From positions 410,192,001 to 410,256,000 of the forward strand of contig OZ024741.1 in the NCBI GenBank assembly GCA_964016885.1: DNA of 64,000 bases, given 5' to 3'. Both the position numbers and the translations under genes were made by a program. The notes beneath the pieces are model-generated. The model saw only the letters and a list, made by a program, of their open reading frames with translations, did not search any database and was not told the origin of the DNA. Position 1 is the first letter of the stretch, and each line of letters opens with the position of its first letter. The DNA comes from Eledone cirrhosa (Eukaryota). Positions 15,147-29,380 of the stretch are shown piece after piece.

Positions 15147-16133
15147 TGAGTTGAGATGGAGGGTCTGTGGTTTTTCTCACATCTGGTTGGTCTCTGAATG
15201 TTACTTGTTTTATATGGAAAAAGTGTCTCGAAATGCCAGGTTTTTCGAGAAGTAATTTGATTGGTTTGTCAATAATTATAATAAATTTCGCGCCAGTTCG
15301 CGTTACAATAGTTCTTCAAATAAGAGGGGGGTTCGTCACAGGTTGTTTTTTCATATATGAGTGTTTGAATTTCTTTTTACTTGAAAAAAGGAGGCACACG
15401 AAAGCTTTTTTTTGGTTGGTTATAAATGAAATTATGGCTGTCACGTGAACAAATTTTCATTAAATTTTTGTGCACTTATTTGGAAATCCATTCTGTAGCC
15501 TTTTTAGAGAATGTTTTGATAAATAAAAGATAATGGTCAAGAGAAAGGGACACAGAAATCTCAAAGCACTCTGAAGGCCTACTCTACAAAAAAACCCTAA
15601 AACTTTGGAAAGAAAACTGTGAGGATGAAGAACTAACATCCCTCCAGCGATGGGAAAAAAACGCCACTGGTTCAACAACTACGAAATGGACTTCAAAAAT
15701 GAACAACATACAGGTAACCCATTTTTAAAACAAACTAAAACTCACACACCACATGCACAACAAATAACAAAAAAAGTAACAAAACGTTCAACATACCCCC
15801 AACAAAACTATAACGATAATCCCAGAAACCATAGACAAAACTATAACCCTACTAACAAAAACCAAAGATCCCCGAACACAAGGCAGGACCTGATCCGCAG
15901 ATCACAACCCACACAAAACCTATTCCAAAACCGTAGACCCCTGCCCACACAGAGCCTGTTCCAAAACCGTAGATCCCAACCCACACAAAGGAACAAAATC
16001 TACAACCCGGACTATCAACAAACCGAACCTCAATACGTCCGAAACTTCTATACAAGACCACACAACAACAGGGGAAATACCATTAGATATAATAATACCA
16101 TTGAAAAAACATTCCAGAAAAATCATTTTTTAG

Positions 16134-18400
16134 ACCAAGGCTACTGAAAAACCGAAAATAATTAACATTTCAAATACAAACCTCTCAGCCCAACAAGTAA
16201 AAATTCTCTCCAAAGGTCTGAAATTCACACCAACACCACAATACCCTAACCCCAACGAGATAAATGACGATATCTCACACTTCTGTAGAAAATTACGTCT
16301 CACAGAGGAATTCTTTGACAAGGAGAATAACGACGAATCAATTGTACGGAATAAAAGCAGCTACAACCCAACAAAAGGTAGAAACAGAGTTCTGGACAAA
16401 TTTTGTGACCACATAGCTACCTTCCCATACCATGAACTACCGCAACCTAAACCCAAACCCAACACGAGTCGAAGGGAATGGGAGATTATCCATGAACTAA
16501 AAAACAATACGGACATTATAATTAAGGAAGCGGACAAGGGAAGTACTGTTGTCATTATGGAGGCTGAAAAATATAAAAATTCTATGTTCTCTCTCTTACA
16601 AAATACTAATTACTATGAAAGAGTAAAAAACTACCAGCAATCAAAAATAATGACCAAATTAAACACACTGATTTATCGATACCAGGAAGACCTAACTAAA
16701 AAGGAACGCGATTACTTAACAAATTTTGAATACAAAACCAGCAACCTTTACGGACTTCCGAAGATCCACAAGTGTAAAATAATCAACGATGCCTGTAAAC
16801 AATCCACCTCAGCCTGCGTGAACACACAATACCCCACAGACCTTAAATTAAGACCAATTGTAGCGGGCCCACAATGTGAAACACACAGATTGAGCAACTT
16901 TATAGACATACTACTGAAACCAATACTGAAACACATACCAAGCCTTGTAAGAGACGATCTGGACCTCTTAAACCACCTCCCCAAACATGTCAACAACGAC
17001 ACTATTGTTGTGTCTTTCGATGTAGTGAATCTCTACACAACGATCCCACACCAATACGGACTACAAGCAATAGGATTCTGGCTAGAGAAATATCCCAATG
17101 AGACACCTGACAGAATAGAAAAAAGCTTCATCACCGAGGGATTAAAATTCATCCTACAGAACAACTTTTTTGATTTCGATGGCAATACTTACAAGCAAAT
17201 ATCGGGGACTGCGATGGGTACAAAAGCCGCTCCAACTTATGCCAACTTAGTCATGGCATACTTAGAAGTCCAGATATATGAACAGTCCAAATCAAAATAC
17301 GGATTGAACTTCCACAAATATTTATCAGAGAATTGGAAACGCTACTTGGATGATTGCCTCATTCTTTGGTCCCACACACTCGACCAACTGAAGGATTTCA
17401 AAAACTTAATAAACGGCATCAATAACCACATCCAATTCACAATGGAATACAGCTAAGATCAACTCCCATTTCTGGACATCTTAATCTTAAAAAAAGACAC
17501 AAATATCGAAACTGACATACACTACAAACCAACAGATTCCAAACAATATCTGCTATTCACCTCCAACCATCCAAAGCACACGAAGACGAACATTCCTTTT
17601 AACCTAGTAAGAAGAATTTGCACAATTGTCTCCAATTATGAAACGCGAAATAAAAGACTTCAAGAATTAAAGGAAATTCTACTCGAGAGAGAGAGTACCC
17701 ACTATTACTAATAAATAATGGAATAGAAAGGGCTAAAGCAATAGGCATTGATGAATTACGGAAACAGAAACAAATTCAAGGTACGTCCAATATTCTATCA
17801 TATATCTCAACACACAACCCAAGAAATGCGGAAGCTTACAACACTATTCACAATAACATCCCACTACTAAAACAAAACCCAAGAATGAAAAAAGCCCTTG
17901 AAACACACAAAATAATCAAAAGCAAAAGACAACCAAAATCACTGAAAACATTACTCACTAATGCCAAATTACCTACCACAAACCCACAACCAAGTATCAA
18001 AAAATGTGGTCGCTCTAATTGTGGAACCTGCACTCACCTCATTGAAGGCAACACGTATACATTTAAATCAGGACAACATTTTACTGTAAAAAATCACTTC
18101 ACTTGCTCATCAAAAAATCTAATTTATGCCATTAAATGTAAAGGATACAATGAAGATTATATAGGACAAACTAAACTCACACTCAGAAACAGAATGACAG
18201 TTCATCGCCAACAATTACGAGATCCAACCACGAGACAGATACCACTAAGTGCACATCTAGACATTTGCGCAAGTAATAAGACACCCAAATTCCAAGTCTT
18301 CCCATTTTACCTTTGCGCTAACAATACAACAGAACAAATGCGAATAAATAAGGAAAATATGTTTATTCAAAAATATAGACCAACATTAAATAAGGTTTAA
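16134..18400 (+). pseudogene. PLE-A RT/GIY-YIG ORF with a premature stop and a frameshift
   Basis: Frame open 16134-17456; TAA at 17454 (CAA in the 3.7-kb copy); +2 frameshift in a (GA)n run at ~17690; endonuclease ORF 17885-18400. Confidence 0.9.
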
Positions 18401-18744
18401 TATACATTATGTCAACACCATAATATGACATACACACACACACATAACACCTACTTTAGAAAATAAAAAAAACCCGAACTAAATAAACCTTAACATACGT
18501 TTGCACTGACAATGTTCACCTTTCATTTCTTCTATTATTTCTCCTTTTTCTCCTTTTTCCCCCCTCTCCTTTTTTTCTCTCCTTTTTTTCACTCTTTTTT
18601 TTTCTCCGTTTTTTCGCACCTTTCTCTCTCCTTTTCCTCCTGGCTTTTGATTAATAAAAGGCCTTGGGCGCTCCCGATCTCTATCGATGTCCTGTAATTC
18701 AGCGCCGAAACATCGGGTCGGGATATTTACAGCTGACGAAGGGT

Positions 18745-21670
18745 TTACGCTTGCCGTAAACCCTCTATCAGGCTTATTAACCCAACGAAGTCCGACATAG
18801 GGAGAATCAGCAAAACAATCCTAGACCGCGTGATACCAAAAGTCAAGCAACACGCCCGACTTAGCCTATGGATCAATACCCAGGAAGTAATTTCATGGTT
18901 CAGCAATATGGAGGATAAACGAGACACTAAATTCATACAGTTCGACATAGAGAGCTACTATGCTTCAATCACCTTACCGCTACTTACTGCTGCCTTGGAC
19001 TTCGCCGAAACACTTGTGCCCATCACCAACCAGGATAGAAAAATCATCCTCCACGCCAGGAAGACAGTCTTGCACTTTGACGACTCTAAATGGATAAAAA
19101 GAGCTTCCGACTCACCCTTCGACGTCAGCATGGGCGCCACGGATTCGGCGGAGGTCACAGATCTTATAGGATTATTCCTAATAGCCAAACTCACCGATAT
19201 GTTTCCTGCATTCGGTGGTGCATTGTACCGTGATGATGGGCTCCTTACCGTTAAAGGGTACAACCCCAGTAGTACAGATCGGGTCCGGAAACAATTAATC
19301 AGCTTCTTCCGCGACTGGGGATTTAAAATAACCCTACAAACGTCCCTGACCCGAGTAAACTTCCTGGACGTGACCCTCGACCTCGAAAACGACCTGTACT
19401 ACCCATACAGGAAACCTAATGACAACCTGCACTACATCCACCGCCGATCAAACCATCCTAGGAACATCACCAACAACCTGGTCAAAAACATCTCCCTCCG
19501 CATATCCCGTTTGTCAGCTAATGAGCGGATATTCGATGAACATGCGCCTTATTACAACCAGGCCCTCAAGCGGAGTGGTTTCCGGGAGGAAATATCCTAC
19601 TGTCCAGCTCCCATTAGCGGAACCAGCAGGAGACACCGCCGCTCACGCAATGTAACATGGTTCAATCCTCCCCACAACGGAGAGGTGACAACTCCCATCG
19701 GGAAACTATTCTTTAGGCTCATTGAAAAACACTTCCCACTACAACACCGCTACCACAACATAATTAACAAAAATACCATCAAACTCTCTTACAGCACTAC
19801 ACCAAACTTCGCACAAAACATCGTCTCTTCTAACAACAAAAAACTCAACCCCGATGGAAGAAATAACCTAAATAGCAGTGGAGAGCCGACCAGGAGGTGC
19901 AACTGTCCGGATAGATCCATTTGCCCACTCGACAATAGATGCAGAGACCGTAATGTGATCTACCAGTGCAACGTGAGGACGGACACCTCCAACAAAGCTT
20001 ATATAGGACGAACCGCATGTGACTTCAAGACCCGGCTATACCAACATAGACATACCTTCCGAAACCCGGCTCGGCGTCACGCCACTACACTTTCGGGCCA
20101 CATATGGGACCTCAAGGACAACAACATCACCTATGATCTGACTTGGAGATTACTTTCCAGAGCCAATTCTTAAACGGGAGGACGCCGTCCGTGCAATTTA
20201 TGCTCGGAGGAAACTCTACAAATGCTGTTTTCGACGGACCAACTCCTAAACAAGAAAGATGAACTGGTTACTGCATGTAAACATAGATTGCGTAGGACTT
20301 ACCTTGCCCTCAAACCCCATAATGACCCGGGGGGGGGGGGGGTAGACTAGGGCTATAACACCCCACTTGCCGATTTTGCAATGGGTAACCCCTGCTTGCC
20401 AAGGGAGACGTAAGATCTTCTTTTTATTCTTTTATCGCTTCCTTTATTTCCTTCTTCCCCCATCCCTCCTTAGTCCTTCTACCCCAGTTATTCTTCTTTG
20501 TCGGCGTCATTTTCTCGCCCACCCGAGGCTGCCCTTTGGCCCCTTGTAGCCCCAGTACCCCCACCCCCTCCCCTAGTCTATGATAGATTTGGCGGACTCC
20601 GCTTTTTATAGCAGTTGTGTTAGACCTCGGGTACTTGCCCCCTTTTCCGACCGCTCCCCCTTTTTTCCGTGCCTTCTATATTTCTTAGTGGCACTTATGC
20701 CTTAATTTCTCGTTTCAGTATTTCTTTCTTCTCTTTTCTCATGGGCGGGGTGGATTCTGAATTTATTTTATTTTTCATTTTTCCGTATTCTACCTTTACT
20801 TCGTACGAACTTTCATGTAGCTTGTATAAGAACTTTTGTAGCGTGGCGGTAGTTAGCACTAGTATATTTTTTTCGGGACTCAGAATTATTATCTCGCACT
20901 AGTTTACTTTTCTGCACTGGATGGTTGCTGGCCTTGTGCCCGGGGTAGAAACCTTTTTTATTTTTTTTATTTATTTCGCGGCAGTTTCTTTAGTATTTTG
21001 GCCCCATTTGTTGACCCGTCACCGTATGATTAACGTATTTATACCTCTTAAAGGGTCCTTTCCTATTCCGTCCCACCTAGTTTATTTACTTATTTCTTTA
21101 TTTCTTTATTTCTTTCTTTATTTCTTTATTTCTTTCTTTATTTATTTATTTATCTAGCCTAACAATAGCTAGAGACTTAGGTCGTAGAATTTCTTTTTTC
21201 TTTACACTTATTCGCTTTTCATCACTCTCAGTATTTTTTCTTTCATATATATATTTTTACCCCTCATTGTTCTACCTACCGTTTTGACTTCCCCCTCCCC
21301 CTCCCCAGTATCTTCTTTGACCTCATGCCCAGCTGTAGCCGGCACTACCAACGCATGATTGGGTCTACTCCACCCCCTCCCCTTTTCTCCTACTGGCAGG
21401 TTTAGCCACCATCTCCCCTACTAATTTGCCATCACAGAATTACTACTAACTTTTGACAATCACTTTGACCATATATGGAATTACCCCTTGAGAAGCTCGG
21501 CTATTTAAATACCAGGATAAATTTTCATTTAGTCCAGAATTAGCCGTCGAAACGGTTTGAGCTCAGCCGTCGGGATCTTACTGGTTCCTATTACCCACTC
21601 TACTACCCTAAGTATTGAGTACTTTGGTGCGTTATGGTCCACCTGGTTCCTTACCACATTTCCTTCGTTA
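18745..21670 (+). mobile_element. PLE family B (Nematis-like), 5'-truncated, with a 1.3-kb 3' UTR ending in an HHR and tail
   Basis: ORF 18830-20173 contains QFDIESYYASI, MGATDSAEV, LYRDDGL, WFNPP, CNC..CPL..C and VIYQC..YIG; the frame continues after TAA 20171 with CNLCSEE and LLNKKDE. Confidence 0.9.
21483..21576 (+). ncRNA. Type I hammerhead, U3-A8 variant, with long helix II and palindromic loop III
   Basis: ACCCC-TTGAGAA-G..CGGCTA..TAGCCG.TC-GAAA-CGGTT.TGAGCTC.AGCCG-TC-GGGAT (GGGGT in sister copies). Confidence 0.7.
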
Positions 21671-21739
21671 TACACATATATATATACATACACACACACA
21701 CACACACATATATATATACACACACATATATATATATAA

Positions 21740-23497
21740 AAAAATAAAAATAAAGATAATAATGACAAAAATAAAAGCAAAGAAGGGGGTGAGAAGGAAG
21801 AAAAGAAAAGATAGCCAAGAAGGGGGAAGGAAGGAAGAAAACGAAGAAATAGAAGAGGAATGAGGGAGAAGGGGGGGATATATGTATTGGTTTTGTGGGT
21901 AATTAACGGGTCTAGATATAAGAGGGTATAAAGTCTAAGTATATGCAGTTTGTCAGTTGGTAGTAAGAGGTTAAGGGTTCGATTTGTAGTGCGAAAATTT
22001 CTCTTTGAGTCTATGGTTACAATAAATTGATCTCTCAATTTTATTGTTGAGTAACCTATTCTTCGAACTTAAGATGTGGAATAGCTCAAGGTCGCATAAT
22101 CGACAGCTTCTCATACCACTCCGATATGGGGGCGCGTTCGATAATTTTTTCCACTTCAGGGTGTATTGATGGTTACTTTCCCTCAGTTGCCAGGTCTTGT
22201 TTGCAAGGGTAGTTACATAACGGTGCTGGGAATGTTTCATTGCGTAACGGTGTGTATACCAACGAGCTTTAAAAGTATTCCCAGTCGCCTCCGATGTAAT
22301 ACCATTTCTGGTTGTCTGATTCCACTGTGCATTGGTAAACCAGGCTAGACTGCATACATTCATTTTGTAATGGACAGGTTTCAGGTAGGTGGCAGTTACA
22401 TTTCTTGTTATGGGCAATTTTGGCATTATTTGTGGGCTGCGATGCCTGAACAAGTGTGTTACGTTTTGTTTGCCTATTAGCGGGTGGTTGTGTATTAGAT
22501 ATTCTGTTGTGTTCGGTGGTAATTGTATTGTTATTGTTGTAAATTTGTGTTTTTGTGTTGTTATGTATCTTTTTAGCGTTAAGCATCTTAATGTGTGCTT
22601 CTATATTTGGTGCCGTGGAGTAGGATAGTCTAATAGATTTAGTGTTAAGGATTTTGCTGTATCTATGTGAATCTGGAAAGTGCCTATTTATTATTCTAAA
22701 GAAAGTAGAGGGTAGGTTAGTACTAATAGAAGTGTTAAATATGGGGTTATACCAGATATATTTTCTACTTGTTTGATTTCGAAGTTGTATTTCTATTTGC
22801 CGTATACTTTGCGTTTCTATGCGTAAATGTGTGTATGCGTGTGTTTCTGGAGTTTGTGTTATGCGTGTTCGTGTGTGCTTCACAGAGGCTTTCATCTATA
22901 TATTCTACTCTATCTAAGTGGCCTGCCTTGTCTAATGCGGTATTGCAGTATTCTGCATGTTCTTCGAAGATTTGCCGGTTAGATGAGAGGCGGGAGATCC
23001 TAAGGGATATGCTGCGTGGAATGGATTTAATTATTGATAGTGGGTGGTTTGAGTTACAGTTGATGTATGCTAAGTTTTCATTAATCTTGTGAAAAGGTCT
23101 TATAAGTCCCGTATTTAGGTTAAGCGTCACATCTAGAAAGTTAACTGTTTTAGTGCTATACTCATACGTTATGCTAAGGTCTAGTTTTCCGAGAGTCTTT
23201 CTAATATTCTTACGGAGTCTTTCTATGCTCTGGTTATTTAGGTTCTTAACTAGGAGAAGGGCGTCGCCTCTGTAGATTCCACCGTGAAGGTCACTAAACT
23301 CGCTTTGTAAACTATGGGCTATGTAAATACCTACTAAGTCTGTGACTTGGTCCGAGTCGTTAGCCCCCATCGTGATGTCAAAGTTATTTAATCTATCCTT
23401 ACGTTCCCAATAGACCTTTTCAAATTTAATTATCGTTTCCCTAGCAGCTAATATGATTTTTATCTCGTCGTCTGTTATGTCAGAATTGGCTTTGGCG
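21740..23497 (-). mobile_element. PLE family C (Nematis-like), 5'-truncated and frameshifted
   Basis: ORF 22765-23556 (FDITMGANDSDQV, IYRGDAL, NFLDVTL), ORF 22269-22895 (WYNP, CNC..CPL..C, VYQC..YYIG) and ORF 21971-22453 (CRLCDLE, LLN); 5' end abuts (TA)n. Confidence 0.88.
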
Positions 23498-24225
23498 AAT
23501 ATATATATATATATAGTTTTGCGAGGTTTTTGATATGAAATCGTGTGTCGAAACAAATATTGTTATACTTGGGGAGGGTCATATTTGTGTAATATTGCCA
23601 GAATTAATAACAGAACACACTCACTGTTTGGTTGGTTTTCGCTTCTCGCTTCTGTGTCTTTTATATCGGTAATCTAATTTATTCGGTCCTCAATGTTGCC
23701 ATTGACTGACCGACGGTCAAAAATAATACAGATACAATATAGACACAAACACATATATATAGTTTATCAAAGTTCTTTCGTTGCACATCTGCAACATCGT
23801 CAGTGGTGCTATTGTTTCCTCCCGTTGCATTGTATTTTCTACGCCATCTTTATTTAGTCTGTCTATATATTTATTTATTTGTTTACGGACAACTACAACA
23901 ATAATAACAGTAGTAGTAATATAAACAATAACTCTGAATATAGAAATAACAGCTATAATAGTAATAGGCATAACAATAACAATAGCAGGAGAGTGAGAAA
24001 TAGTAATAATAATAATAGAAACATTAACTACAGACACAGCAGCAGCGACCACAGTAGTAATAACGGCAACAATACGAATAACAACAACAACAACCACAGT
24101 GGTAATAATAGAAATAATACATGTAGCAACATTAATGATAGACACAACAAAAACAAGAAACATAATAAAAGTAACAACCACAGTGGTAGAAATAACAGTA
24201 ACAACAACAATAACGGTGAAGTAAA

Positions 24226-24360
24226 CAACAATCACAGCAACAATACATCTAGCAATCATAACAACAATACATCTAGCAATCATAACAACAATACATCTAG
24301 CAATCATAACAACAATACATCTAACAATCACAGCAACAATACATCTAGCAATCATAACAA
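24226..24360 (+). repeat. 24-bp tandem repeat (~5 copies) inside the Asn-rich N-terminal ORF of PLE-D
   Basis: CAATACATCTAGCAATCATAACAA, encoding NNTSSNHN. Confidence 0.9.
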
Positions 24361-27301
24361 TAATAATAATGCTAATGATAGGAACAACAACAACCACCAT
24401 AATAACAATAATAGCAACACACACAACTATGACGATAGATATAATGACAACCCCTTAGAGAAACTATTCTTCAACCCACTGACAAAACATATAAGATGGG
24501 TAATATCTATCCTACGAGGTTACCCTTTAATAAAAAATACAACAACAAATAGATGATGAGACAGAGACACAGTTCACCATAGCTAGAAATAAGATTAGAC
24601 AAATAGTAGACCGGTATACTAAGAAACAGAGCAGACCAGAGGCCCAACAACTTGGGAGGAAACCTGTAGAAGGCTTGGTTAGCCTCAAGCAGCGCACAAG
24701 GGATGGTGAGGTAGTATGTCTACCCACGGATAAGTCTGGTAGGATGTCAATAGATAGCATGCCGAACTACATCAAGGCTATGCAACCCCACATCACCAAC
24801 ACGAGCGAAATTGCACAGCAAACACATGATGGGAGAGAGAAAATCCTCAACGCTCACATGATGATGTGGACCGACATCCTAAAGCCAAGCAGACGCACTG
24901 CCAACAACTTCCAGGCGTCTAACAATGGCATACCACCCTTGTATGGGCTCCGCAAAGACCACAAGACAGTCGACGACCCGACAACAGGACCACCAACAAG
25001 ACCCGTATGCGGAGCAAATATAGCTAGCAACTACAGGATCTCCTACTTCCTCTCAATATTATACGCCCCATAATCAAGATGTCCCCAGATGTATGTGACA
25101 GTACAGAGGACCTCCTCAGCAGAATCGGTGAGTGCAACAAAAACAGGAACCTATCCAACTGCATAATAGGCAGCATGGATGTGGTGTCACTGTAGCCATC
25201 CATTAACATTGATTTTGCTGTGGAAAAATGTGTGGAGATGATCATTGAGAGTGAGGTAGAGTTCTGCGACGTCGACACAGACGAACTGGGCCTCCTACTT
25301 AGACTTACCTATGACACTGACTATCTAGACAGCCATGACCTTAGACGTTTCTGCCCCAGTAGACCCATAAGAGGTAGACCCCCCACCATAACCTCAATGG
25401 CTAAAAAGACTCCCATGGGAAGGTGGATTGGGTGGACCAAAGCTATACGGACCCCCCAAAACAATGATCAGGTAAGAAAAATGGTCGCACATGCAATAGG
25501 GGCTAGTATCAAAACTACCCTAAAGGACCACATATTCAAGTACAACAAGAAGATCTACACCCAAAATAAGGGAGCAGCCATTGGCATCAGCATAGCTGGT
25601 GATGTTGCCAACCTTTTTATGGTATGGTGGGAAAGGAAACTTAAATATCTCCTTAATGAGGGCTCCATAGACCTCATCATGTACTCTCGTTATGTAGACG
25701 ATATCAATATAGTTATAAGAACATCCCCACTAGAGAGCACTAACAAGTTAGATTTACAACGTAGCACAATGGAAAGCATCCAGCAGATAGCTAATTCCAT
25801 ACACCAGAGTATAACTGTAACTATCGACTACCCTTCCAAACACCCTAACAATAGACTACCTGTATTAGACACGGAACTCTGGATTAACACTATAGACGAG
25901 AGAGCCCAAATTCTCCACTCACACTATGCTAAACCCATGGCCTCCAAATACCTGATACTCAAAAACTCAGCAATGTCTAGTAGTGCTAAGTTTAATATTC
26001 TGATCGCAGATTTGGTACGAGTGATGAAGAATGTGTCCCACATGTGCGACCCAACAGAAATGGAAAGACACATCCAACACTTCATCAACCGCATGCAGTT
26101 CTCTGGCTACAACCAAAGAGACAGAGTCAGAGTATACGAAGGAACCATGGAGAAGTATAAGACCCTCATAGAACTGGACATGAAAGGAATTTGCCCATTA
26201 TACAGGAGCAAATCATGGAATAGCTTAGATAGGGCTAGACATAAGATAGGGAAAGCCACCTCATGGTACGACAACCAGAGATACCAGAGTGTCATGTTTG
26301 TGGACGCTACCCCTGGAGGGAAATTAGCTAACCAGTGTAGAAAGGCCCTGAGAAAGACCCACTTAAAGATTAAGGTGGTAGAAAAGCCAGGAACCACCAT
26401 AAAATCCCTGATCAGCAAAACCTACCCTTTTAAGAAAACCCACTGTACTAATAGGAAATGTATCATATGTAAGGTAAACACCAGGATAAACTGTAAAACT
26501 AGAAACGTAGTCTATAGTATAAGATGTACAGAGGGTACTTGCAGAAACATGACAACAACATATATAGGCGAGACAGCTCGTAGCATAGGTGAAAGGATAG
26601 ACCAACACTGGGGGGAACTAAAAGGACGAAAAAACGGTTCAGTACTATACGAACATGCCAGACAACAACACGACGGTAACATAGACAACATAGAAATTAG
26701 AATAATATCTAAACATAGAAATGACCCAGCAGATAGGAAAATCAGAGAGGCCAGTGAAATAGAACTTAGAAGGCCAAGGCTAAACAGAAAGAATGAATGG
26801 AATAACAACAACACCCAAACAAACAACACTGACCTAAGAGAAGTATAAATAAATAGATAAATAAATAAATAAATACATACACAAGCACAATAACAACAAA
26901 CTCATATAAACACACACTAGTAAAGATAGAATACATTAACCAATACACAGTCACCCAATCACGAACACACTATACACACACGCAAACGCATGCGCAAAGA
27001 AGACAAAATAAAATAAACAAATAAATAAATTTATAAACAGAATAAATAAAGATGGCGTAGAAAAAAAAATGCAACGGGATAAAAACAATAGCACCATCAG
27101 ATGTGCAACGAAAGAACTTTGATAAACTATATATATGTGTTTGTGTCTATATTGTATCTGTATTATTTTTGACCGTCGGTCAGTCAATGGCAACATTGAG
27201 GACCGAGTAAGGTAGATTACCGATATAAAAGACACAGAAGCGAGAAGCGAAAACCAACCAAACAGTGAGTGTGTTCTGTTATTAATTCTGGCAATATTAC
27301 A

Positions 27302-27440
27302 GCATAGTTACGTCCCTTTACGATCTGAGTTCAAATCCCGCCGAGGTTGACTTTGCCTTTCATCCTTACGGGGTCGATAAAATAAAGTACCAGTAATGCA
27401 CTGAAAATTTGCTGGCGTTGTTCCTAAAGTAGAAACAAAT
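27302..27440 (+). mobile_element. 5'-truncated SINE inserted into the PLE-D 3' pLTR
   Basis: Interrupts GGCAATATTAC..AAATATGACCCTCCCCAAG, which is continuous in the other copies; AATATTAC occurs on both sides as a possible TSD. Confidence 0.8.
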
Positions 27441-27491
27441 ATTACACAAATATGACCCTCCCCAAGTATAACAATATACATATACATATAT

Positions 27492-27589
<98 letters not shown>

Positions 27590-27620
27590 ATATATCTATA
27601 TATATCTATATATATATATG

Positions 27621-27765
<145 letters not shown>

Positions 27766-27859
27766 GAAGTAATTCCGTCGGAAAAGTCCAGGATAAAAAA
27801 GTGCTCTATGTAGGTAACAGAGCTTAATAGTTATGTAATAAACAACATAAGGAACATTA

Positions 27860-27920
27860 TTTCATTTACCAGTGGTTTCTTAAAAGCAAACAAATTTTTC
27901 TTTCAATCATCAGAATGAAA
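27860..27920 (-). ncRNA. Hammerhead ribozyme, family E
   Basis: Reverse complement of 31681-31741 with one helix II mismatch. Confidence 0.82.
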
Positions 27921-28230
27921 AAATCCCGGTGTATTTATTGGCATTGGATTTTAAAAACAAAAATATAATCTATATGAAATTGAGGCTGGAAAAGGAAGAA
28001 GGAAAGGAAAAGTAAACACACATGCAAACACACACACAATTATATACATACACATATATATATATACATACACACATACATACACACACACATATACACA
28101 CACACACATATATATGTGTATATATATACATACACATACATATACACATACATACACACATAATTATCAACATATCCATACGTACACATACATACAAATA
28201 CATAAACGTGCATACACACACACATATACA

Positions 28231-28320
<90 letters not shown>

Positions 28321-28833
28321 AACATATACATACATACACACACATACATATAGATACACATACATATACATACATATATACATACACATACAAACATACA
28401 TTAACACAATCATACGTATATACACACGTACATACATACACATACATACACACATATATACACGCATACATACGCATGCACAAACATAGAAATATGTACA
28501 CACACCTACATACTCACACACACAAATAAATATAAGAAAAAATATAATAATAAAAATACCGTCACATAAGAATAAAAATGAATATAAAGATTATTATAGT
28601 GTTGACAGCGATACAGGCAACAAATAAATGAACAAACACACGTGGTAAGCAATACACACAATTGCACGTACACATACACCCGTAAAAATAAATACATACA
28701 CACACTCTCACATATACACATACATATACAAATACATATACACATACATACGCATACACATATACATATACACACACTCACACATATATACATATATACA
28801 CACACATACATATATACACACATACATATATAC

Positions 28834-28868
<35 letters not shown>

Positions 28869-29193
28869 CAATCATACATATCCATACATACATACACATA
28901 CATATACATACATATCACAAACACATACATACAAATACAAACACACACATATGTATGTGTGTAAAGCTCATTCTTAGATATATTCATATGAACCTTGTTT
29001 AACTCTAAAATATATATATACACACACACACATATATACATATATATATATATACATACCTACACACACATATACATACACATACGTATGCATACATACA
29101 TACATACACACACACACACTCACACATATAATTATATATATATATAAGAAAGAAGATAAATATTATATATATAAAAAACCTAAATAGTGTATA

Positions 29194-29380
29194 TATAAAA
29201 ATAAAAATGAAAATAAAAATAAAAATAAAAATAAAAATAAAAATAAAAATAAAAATAAAAATAAAAATAAAAATAAAAATAAAAATAAATATAAAAATAA
29301 AAATAAAAATAAAAATAAAAATAAAAATAAAAATAAAAATAAAAATAAAAATAAAAATAAAAATAAAAATAAAAATAAAA
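29194..29380. repeat. (ATAAAA)n hexamer array, ~31 copies
   Basis: Read directly from the sequence. Confidence 0.97.

Larger units (their letters stand above)
14972..18511 (+). mobile_element. PLE family A (Neptune-like), near full length, with inverted pLTR at ~14972-15548
   Basis: RT motifs LSKGLKFTPTP, IKEADKG, LYGLPKIHK, RPIVAG, SFDVVNLYTTI, GTAMGTKAAPTYANL and RYLDD; Cys-rich linker; GIY-YIG. Clade assignment is inferred from motifs. Confidence 0.92.
23518..27475 (+). mobile_element. PLE family D (divergent RT, possibly Hydra clade), near full length, with inverted pLTR at ~23518-23880
   Basis: PTDKSG, LYGLRKDHK, RPVCGA, GSMDVVSL*PSI, GAAIGISIAGDVANLFM, RYVDDI, LPVLD, CxxxxCxxC and NVVYSIRC..YIGET; frameshift ~25065 and TAG at 25193; clade assignment is tentative. 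Confidence 0.9.

Noticed and set aside
18660-18745. Hammerhead at the PLE-A/PLE-B junction (GGCGCT..AGCGCC-GAAA..GTC, then CTGACGAAGGG)
   Set aside because: The pieces are in the wrong order or truncated, and I could not build a complete fold
17454-25195. Selenocysteine recoding of in-frame stops in PLE ORFs, as in some Naiad elements
   Set aside because: The stops are TAA (17454, 20171) and TAG (25193), not TGA, and the endonuclease is C-terminal; ordinary decay is the simpler explanation
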